Positions 10,745 to 19,600 of a stretch of DNA of 34,546 nt are shown here, one piece after another. The notes below the pieces were generated by a model that worked only from the letters and a program-made list of their open reading frames with translations, was not told the DNA's origin and did no database searches. Origin of the DNA: Trichomonas gallinae (taxonomy: Eukaryota); NCBI GenBank assembly GCA_008369845.1, contig MRSU01000938.1, forward strand, positions 1-34,546, in the 5' to 3' direction. Position numbers and translations under genes: made by a program. Numbering within the stretch: the stretch's first letter is position 1; every line of letters begins with the position of its first letter.

Positions 10745-13279
10745 ATGAGTCGAAGTTCTTCGCGCGGAGAAAGCGTTGAAGACTTCCTCAAGCATGACCC
10801 ACCAAATATAGCCGCAATTCTCAGATGCGATGACGTCCAGGCAGCTTGGAGGACGAAAAACAGACAATTGGTAAATATATTCTCGAAAACAGACAACATT
10901 CACAAAATGATTGATATTTTGCACACATCAAAAGACTTCCAGACAGACAGGCATATCCTCGGTTTATGCATTTCGCCGAATACAATGATTTTGCGATCAA
11001 TAACAGATAATCTCGATTTATGCGAGCATCTCGTTGAAATTCTCGATAAACCTAAGTCAGTTCATCGTTACGTAATCGGCATTGTTATGCAGATCATGCT
11101 CAAAGCCTTCGATACTTGGCCTGACGACGTTTTATACACATTATATTCTTCTCGCAAGATTTATCCGCAAATTGTCGCTTCACTGCAGCTTCCAGCTGTT
11201 TTCCACTTCTCATCTCGTATAATTCCGCGCTCAAATGATGTCGTTACGTTTGCCTGGGTCGCATTCGCTGCATTAATGGATATGCACGGAACAGGCCCAA
11301 AAATTCCAAGCGACGTCAACAAAGACGTGGCTAACAATGCCGTTATTCCTAAGCTGAACCCTCAGCAGAGGCAAAAAGCAATAGAAATTTTATGTATCTA
11401 CTTCAACGAATACGGAAACAAGTCAGAATTATTCAATATTGTGAGCCAGGCCATACCACTAATGCTGCAGGATGCATCAGATGACCAAGAAAGAGCTTTG
11501 GTGATAAGATTAGGATTAAATCTCGAGCCCAATGAAGCTTTGGGATATTCTGTGTTATCGGTTGTTAACTGCTTCAAGTCTACAGATATATTATTGCAAT
11601 ATTCTTTACTTTACATTGCAGCGTGGAATGTTATGATTGGAAATAAGTCAATAGAGTTCTTTGTTTATAGATTACTTAAGCGTCCGGCAAATAACTTCGT
11701 GTTGATTGCTTGTGCAGCTATGATAAGAAAAGTTCTCGAAGTAGATCCAAAAAATAAAGAATTATCGAATGGAATCAAGCAAATCGTTGATCACGCATAT
11801 GCAAATAACCCACTAATGAAGTCGAATATGATGATGGCATTTAGAATAGAATTACTTCACGCTTCTCAAGGAATCGAAATGGAACCAGAGTCAGATTACT
11901 GTGCAGAGCAGCTACGCAACGCGCAGAAGTCTCAAGTTATAAAGTTCAATCAGAATCTCATCGATGATTTCATAAAAACAGACAAGAAAATTATGGAAAA
12001 TAATGAAATTTATCATCCAGAGTTTAATGTTAAGCAACTATGGAAGAGTCCGGATCTAATAGAGAAAATGTCATCAATTTTCAAGACAATCACACGTTTG
12101 CCGCATCTTGATGTAAATAATGCAATTTCTCGTCCTCTTCCTTCTCCTTCGCCAAAGAAAGCCAAGCCATCGAAACCAGCCAAAGGAAGGCAAAGTCTTG
12201 CAAGTAAATCAAAGGAGCTTCCTATAAGAATGCCGAGAAAGAAATCTCATTCTGACGATGAAGACCTCAAAATCGACGACGACAGTGATGACGATAACGA
12301 GCCACACACATTAGACCCACCTCCACTCATGCCTCTTCTAATTCAAGACGGATTAAGACCTCCATCACTTATTGTAGCTTCAGACGACGATGATTCTGAG
12401 GAAGAAGAAGACTACGACTTCGAGCTACCAGAAGTAGAAGTTTCAGAGAGCTATGCACAGTACCAGAGCCGTCTTCCAGACTTGACAGAGGACGAAGCAC
12501 TTCTCGAGCCTCTTCCGACAGAAGCACTCGCTAAAGGCCAGAAGCCTATACCCAAGATCAATCCTGAGAGTCCGAGGTCCAACAAGGCCATGTTTCTCAC
12601 TGACAGACTGTTTAGCGACGAGAAACCAGTCAGACAAACGGTCAACGACTCTCCGAAGAAACTTGATCCGCTTCGTCCAGCTCCAATCGTTGTCCCATCG
12701 AACAGGTTTGACGACGTCGATGATGATGATGAGGAGGACTACGAGTATGAGTACGAATATGTCGATGAAGCAGAGCTAGAACAGCAGAAGAAGTCCCCGC
12801 AAAAATTGTCAGATTCCTCGAAAATCTCGATGAGTCAGCCGCAGCTTGTTATCAACAACAGCTCAATTCCTAAGCTGTCAGAGGTCTCCCAGTCTCCTCC
12901 TGTTTCATATGATGGCTTCCCTAAGCCGCAGCTGAACATTGTGACTGAGATAACTCACGCGCCAAAGAAGCAGGAATATCTTCTGCAACTTGACTTAAAC
13001 CAAATAGATGCAGCACCAGAGAAGAACAAAGTCGTGATGCACAGGAGAGTTTTGGTTATAGAAGTTCCAGAAAAACCAAATCCGAGACTTTTCTTGGCAC
13101 CAACTTTGTCTGTCGAGAGGCCTGAAGTTGCTTTACCTCCTCAGCCAAAGAAACTAGTCATTGCTGAAAACCCAAGAGTTTTCTACAGCTACGATGATGA
13201 ATACAGCGACGAAGAAGATGAAGAGGAAGACGAAGATCAACCTTTTGTAGAAGAAATAATTTCATTTGTTCGGAAATAA
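10745..13279 (+). CDS. SAPS (SIT4-associated / PPP6R)-like protein with long acidic, proline-rich disordered C-terminus
   Basis: First ATG is 10745. N-terminal VEDFLKHDPPNIAAILRCDDVQAAWRTKNRQLVNIFSK matches the SAPS N-terminal pattern; D/E- and P-rich tail. Confidence 0.7.
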   Translation: MSRSSSRGESVEDFLKHDPPNIAAILRCDDVQAAWRTKNRQLVNIFSKTDNIHKMIDILHTSKDFQTDRHILGLCISPNTMILRSITDNLDLCEHLVEILDKPKSVHRYVIGIVMQIMLKAFDTWPDDVLYTLYSSRKIYPQIVASLQLPAVFHFSSRIIPRSNDVVTFAWVAFAALMDMHGTGPKIPSDVNKDVANNAVIPKLNPQQRQKAIEILCIYFNEYGNKSELFNIVSQAIPLMLQDASDDQERALVIRLGLNLEPNEALGYSVLSVVNCFKSTDILLQYSLLYIAAWNVMIGNKSIEFFVYRLLKRPANNFVLIACAAMIRKVLEVDPKNKELSNGIKQIVDHAYANNPLMKSNMMMAFRIELLHASQGIEMEPESDYCAEQLRNAQKSQVIKFNQNLIDDFIKTDKKIMENNEIYHPEFNVKQLWKSPDLIEKMSSIFKTITRLPHLDVNNAISRPLPSPSPKKAKPSKPAKGRQSLASKSKELPIRMPRKKSHSDDEDLKIDDDSDDDNEPHTLDPPPLMPLLIQDGLRPPSLIVASDDDDSEEEEDYDFELPEVEVSESYAQYQSRLPDLTEDEALLEPLPTEALAKGQKPIPKINPESPRSNKAMFLTDRLFSDEKPVRQTVNDSPKKLDPLRPAPIVVPSNRFDDVDDDDEEDYEYEYEYVDEAELEQQKKSPQKLSDSSKISMSQPQLVINNSSIPKLSEVSQSPPVSYDGFPKPQLNIVTEITHAPKKQEYLLQLDLNQIDAAPEKNKVVMHRRVLVIEVPEKPNPRLFLAPTLSVERPEVALPPQPKKLVIAENPRVFYSYDDEYSDEEDEEEDEDQPFVEEIISFVRK

Positions 13280-13678
13280 AGATTTGTTTATATAATAAAT
13301 GTCTCAATCACTTATATATTGTCTGTAGTAATCAATCACTTATAATGATAATAAGTTCTTTGATGAAAGACAAATGAGAAATAAATCATTTTCTCCATTA
13401 TTTTACACAGCATGATAAATAATGATTAATGAGTCACATTCAACAACTGAATAACAAAGTGATAAACAAATCTTACAACATACTACTGCTGGAAATATAA
13501 TCCATAAATTTTCAAATGTCAATGACTGGTTTATAAAAAAATTGTTGAGTTTAATGGTTGCTTGCATTGGTATAGTAATGATGTTGTTGTAGGAAAATAC
13601 TGTAATATAATCAAATTCGATATTTTAACAAAATTAATATAAAGATAATATAAAATAACAAATAAAAAAAAATATGGA

Positions 13679-16600
13679 TTAGATCCATGCGAATCCTGTT
13701 TCTTGGCAGTTGAATGCGTTTCCAGAAACATTGATTAAGTGGTCAAGTAATGCGAATGCCATCGGGTACTGTTCCTTCTCTGTGTCTTCTGTCTCTGCGA
13801 GTGTTGACTTCTTGACTCTGTCTGTAACAACCTCCGCTGACTTCTCACCGTGTTCTATTAATGCCTTGATACAGATTCTCAGCTTGTCGATGCTCCTGTT
13901 CATTGATTCCATCATAAGAAGCCATGTAGAGCTGAAAGAGCCTCTAAGAAGATAAGGAGGCAAGAACTCTGATATTGTTGGTGTCAAAGGAAGATGAACT
14001 ACTTTGTGGTTGTTGTGTGTCAATCTCGGCATGGCAACCCTGCATCTGTTTGTTGAGAAGATCATGTTTGGATACTGTGGATATCCGCTCATAAACAAGA
14101 ACTTCAGTGCAGATATGGCGGCAATGTGGCTTGCGATCTGCTGGCGCATGAAGATGAAATCTAAGCGATTTCCTTCCGAGTTCTCTGAAATCCAATCAAA
14201 AATGACTTTCCTTGGATTGTCGGCCAAAGGCTTCCTTGATTTGACAGCCATTGGCTCGACGCCTTTCATTCCCTCTCTCTTGAGTAATTCAGCGACAATC
14301 TTCGTCCGTGCCAGTTCACCGAGTCCTATATAGGAGCCACCCGAAACAAGCAGAAGTTGTTTGTGGATGTAATAAAGCTGTGGATGAGCGATGAAGAAAC
14401 TCCTGAACTTGAATGCTGGGTGGTTCCTAATAAACAATCTAGTGCAATACAAGAAGATTTCTTCGGAGAAGTTCGGCTTGAACATCATAGAAGAAAGCAG
14501 AGAGAAAGAGATGTTCTGGCCGCTCATCATTGTGAATGTTATTGTCGCCTCTCTGTCGCCCGGCGCGTAAATGTCCGCGTGGAAGCACTGAGAGTTGAGC
14601 ATCGGGAATCTGAAGTGTGAGGATCCCTTAGGCTCGATTGCTGTCATATCTGTCTTGAAATAAGGTGGATGCTGTAAAACATACTCCAAGACATTTTCGC
14701 CTGTTATCGATTTGACGACAGGTGAAATATCATGGCCTCCTGCAATTTCTTCAGCGAGTCTCAAGTGGACTTCCACTGCAGTGTTGTATGCTTCGATGTC
14801 ACCTTCAATCTCGTTGGCCCAAACTAAGCTTTGGTCATACTCATTGAGGTTCGCACCTTCTTGCATCTTTGATAATGCACGTGCAATCTCTTCGAGGTTC
14901 TTTGGATTTTTAGCTGACTCGCAGCCCAAAGCGTTCCTCAAAATCGCCTTGAATCTGTGCTGGTCTGCAGACATGATTTTCTTTAAGAAGTCAGTCGGCG
15001 GGTTGTCGAAAACAGAAAAGATGTGTGGAAGCCAGATGAACCATACTGATGTTTGATCCGGTTTAAACTGCCCCAAAATGTTCTGGTAGAACAAATTAAC
15101 AGATTGCGGGAATTTTCTAACCATGGCAAAAGCAAGCGCGATTGCCATGTTTGTGTATTCTAATGATTGAGGAACAATGCTCTGTGGTATGATTCTCTGC
15201 GAAAGAACTTGGTATATCGCTTGAATGTTGAGTTCTGTTGGCAAATTAGCGAAGATGAACATGAGAAGTTTCAAGTGATAACTTGGATTACTTAACTGCT
15301 TGTTCTGGAATTGCTTCATGAAGGAAGACATGTCATGGAGTGTCAAGAAGTATTCGAGGCGTGTCTTAAGTGCTGGAATTGTCTGTGCATTGTGCATTGG
15401 CAGTTTGGTGAACATGTTGTAAAGTCTTGGAATGTTCTGAGATAAAACTTGCATACCATACCTCAAATCTATTGCCTGTGGTGGCTGTGGAGGTTGAGGC
15501 TGTGTCTGCGGCTGCTGTGGATTAGGAAGCATCAATATCGCGTGATTGATTTCAGGAGGCATCAATGAAATAACGAACAATTTGACAGCCTTCTTCATTG
15601 CATAAGATGAAGACAAGAGAATTGATGCGAAGTTCGTGTTGACGAACGCGAAGTTTTGCGCAGACCTTGCCAGCTGTTTCTCTCGTGCTCTAATCTGGTT
15701 GATCTTGAAGCCGATGTTCGAAATAATCGTGCAGTTTTTGTCCAATGAGTTCACACCCATTGTCGTCCACTTTGCGATGCCCATCTGATCAATAGGAGCT
15801 TTAGAAACGCATCTTAGCAAAGCAATGCATTCTTCGAAGATCGTCAATCTCTGAACAGCTGTCAATGAAGGCAGGAAGAACCTGGAGTTCGGGTAGTAAA
15901 TAGATTTGACTGCTGCGTGTAATTCGTTTTCAGGAGTGAACATTTTGATCATCGGGAGATTCAACGCGTATGAAGAAATCGATGGAAGATTAATATATGT
16001 CTGCAATTGATTTGAATCCATTGAAGCGAAATCTAAGTTAAGCACACAAGGTCTTAACAAGAATAAACCCAGTGGATAATCTTTTTCGTTGTCTTCCATC
16101 TCATTAAGATAGCAGCCCCTTGCAGCTTCAAAGTGACAAAGCATATGATATCCGAGAGGAATCCTAAACTTGCCGCTGTCATTGATAATTGCTCCAAAGG
16201 CATCATCAGGCATTGTTACGTTGTTGAGATATTCGACATTCGCGAAAACAGATTTAGATGGCAAAGGAAGATCGTGAGCATACAAAATTGTGCTGTAGAA
16301 AACATCAGCGAGAGAAGTTGTCGGGAACATGTTGATATAATATCTGATGAACCTGTTGAGCTGTTGAGCGACAACTTCGAGGCCGATGATCAAGATCGTT
16401 TTAAGGCGCTGCTCGTTCATATAATTTACGACTTTGGAGATTTCTTGGGGGAAGAATAACTGCGCAAAAATGTAGATGTGTGAATTAGGAGTTTGCAAAC
16501 TCCAAGCGTTATTCCAAATCGCGGACTCGAATTGGTCACCAGCTGACTGTGTTCCGTAGAACATCAACTGCGGCCTCTTCAATACAGGTTTAAACTCATC

Positions 16601-19600
16601 AACGAGCTTCTCGATGTTAGCGTATATAGATGTATGCAAAGGAATTGGCAACCTCGGTATTTCCAAGACTAAGTGTGCTGCAGACTGTGGCTTGAATGCT
16701 TCCAAAAGTGAATCCAAAATTTTGTTGAGCGATTGATCTGACGCGTTGTCTATAGACCACCTAATGACTGTAGAAAACGGAGTGGCTTGTATTGGAGCGA
16801 TGACTTTGTTTAGTGACTTTAAATAGTCCGAAACGTCAGTTAAAATCCTCGATGATACATATTCGCCGCCATGTTTGACACTGTCTTTCAACGCGTATTT
16901 GTAATACACCAAAATGTCGTGGTTCTGTGTTGCCTTCAATATCTGAGAGAGCATTAATATTTGCGGGAAGTATTCGTGATCATAGAAAACGATTTTCGCC
17001 AGAGGAGAAAGCAATAAGTATTTAAGTGAAAGCTGTGAAAGAATTTCTTGTGGCTTCCCTTGTGGAATTGGCGAAATCATTTCTCTTAACTGCTTGATTA
17101 AATCTAAGCTGATTTCATGTGGTTCTACGTCACTGGCGATTTCTGTTAGTATAGAAGGCATTATGCTCATTGCCTGGTCTTTGATCGTCAGGAAGAAGTT
17201 GCACAAAATGCTCATCAAAGGTGGCTTGTATTTCTTTGGTATTGCTGAGACTGGCTTGTAATAGGCGACAAAACGTTTGACTGCTGACTTGCTGTAAACC
17301 GATTCGTTTTCACTGGCGAATGACAAAAGTATTCCAACCAAAAACCTCGCGAACCAGTCTTCGCCCAGTGGATAATTGCTCTTGTACTGGCTCATGCTCC
17401 TCAAAATGTTCTGCGAGTGCAAATTGAAGAACGGGAATCTTACCAATCTTTCCTTCAGTAATTCAGCACTAAGATGGCCGCTGTTTATCATGTGGACAAG
17501 TCTGTTTGTTGTAATGCAGGAAGACTCGTCGACGTCCTTTTTGATTATTAATGCTTTGTGAACATCAGCTGATAAATGTAAAAGTGGAGTCGACATGACA
17601 TCGATGATTTTGACATTTTCGTACTGATGCAAAATTGCTGTAGAATAACTGTAGATGTATTTCAATAGGATTTCATTGACTGGCGCTTCTCCTATTGTGA
17701 ATTCTATTGGATTCTGTGGTGGCGAGATTTTGTAGAACTCTGACAAAATGTGATTGAAGAAAGTTTTGATGTATGGATTTGCATTTTTGATTTTTTCGAT
17801 GATTATTGGAACAACTCCGTTGTTTTGCGGAGTTTTTGCTAGAAGATTTGCGATTTTGCGAATGACAACATCATGCATGAATGCCTGAGGCTTATGCAGG
17901 AAGAAATAAATGTTTGATAGATAAATGCCGTTAATACTACTGTTGTTGTTATCTGTATTAATTTCTTCGGGCAAAAGAATTTTGAGCAAAGAGACTAAAA
18001 TGCTTGGCTTGAAATGCGAATTTTCTTTGAAGGCAAGCTGATAGACAGCTAAAGCAACTTTCATCAGCTCTTTGAGGTTCTGAGCTTCAAGATTTTGGAT
18101 GCTAATAACTGCTCCAATAACTTTAAACAAGCGGTTTGTGAAGTCGAAAATATTAAATGATGCGTTTTCCTTTAATTGCTGCAATGTGCCTAGATTCATC
18201 TTCAAATGCATCAAGCCGTTATAGTAGAAGTTGAACAGCTCAGGAACATTCGAATATTCCTGGAGCATCATGAAGACAACCGTCGAATTTTCTTTCAACA
18301 ACATCTGGAAAACATATGGTGCCGCATCCTTTTCGAGAGCAGCGAATGCTTTTGTTGGGTTTATTTTAATTTGTGGTCTGGAGATTCTTAGGCTCAATAC
18401 TAAGTCAACGACAGAAGCAATCAGCTGCATATTGTTCTTCTGGTTCTGTGAAATGATTTTAATTATCTCGAAGATATTATCCGCGTACCACAAAATTGTT
18501 TGCTGTTTCAATTGCGATCTTTCTGTTTTGAGGATGCTGCAGACACTAACAATGTAGCTAGATATGTTGTATGACTGGTAATTGACATTTGACGACATCA
18601 AGAATTTTATTATTCTAATTTCGGACTTTGAAGGCTTTGTCTTAGGTGTCAGAGAGAAATGGACGAGTTTTGTGATGTCTTGTGGCATAAAATTGAAAGT
18701 TCCGATGCCCGTTTGTACAGATTTATTTAAAGCTTTAAGGAAGCCTGGTAGATATGGTCTATTCTTCTTTTCATTGAATAGCATGAATGTTTTGGTGTAG
18801 ATTAAGTTTGCTAATTGTTCGTTTTGTGTTGAAACAGCTAATCTCGCGACTACTTTGAACAAAAATGAGATTTGTTTGAACTGTGCGATCGATGGATCCA
18901 TTGGATTGCCATGGCTGATCAAATGAATGATCTTTGCCTGATATTTCTCCGAATAATACAAATATGGTTCTTCTGGTGGCTGCTGGTTTGTGATGTAATT
19001 ATAGAAAACGTCGAATAACTCCTGCTGATATGTGCAGTCTTCAAATGACCGCAAAAAATTGAAGTAAATCCTGATTTGAGTAAACAAAGCATTTGGATTT
19101 GACAGCAACTTGCCAATTTTCGTCAATATATCAGACCTCTGCTTAGGGAACATCTTCTGTATGCACTCAAATTGGCCTAAAGTTATCAAACAAGGATTAA
19201 CAATTTTTCTAACCGAATAACTTGGCCTTCTTGATAGAACAAAGCAGTTCTTATACATATCTGAGAAGATTTCTTCGGCAGCTTTGTTGTTTGCGTAAGG
19301 CCTGAACAAATGTCGATTAATAATATCATAGCCAAGCTTGAATTCATTCTGAGAAGACTGCAAAATAGGCGCAATAAGAGTCAACCATTGTTCTCCGAAC
19401 GGAACTTGTTCGATTAAAAGGTCTGTAAGTTCTAATGCAGTTTTAACAGTGTCAACATTGAAGAAAAGGAAAGAAGAGCTGTGCAGGAAGTCGTATATTT
19501 GCTCTGTTGGTACATTGATGAGGTTGTAAATGTAGTAATAGAAATAATAACCGGAATAATTCATTGGAAGCTTGTTTTCGAAGAGTTGTATGTTTTTCTC

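Noticed and set aside
13304..13344. Direct repeat TCAATCACTTATA twice after the SAPS-like stop
   Set aside because: Short AT-rich local duplication with no other support.
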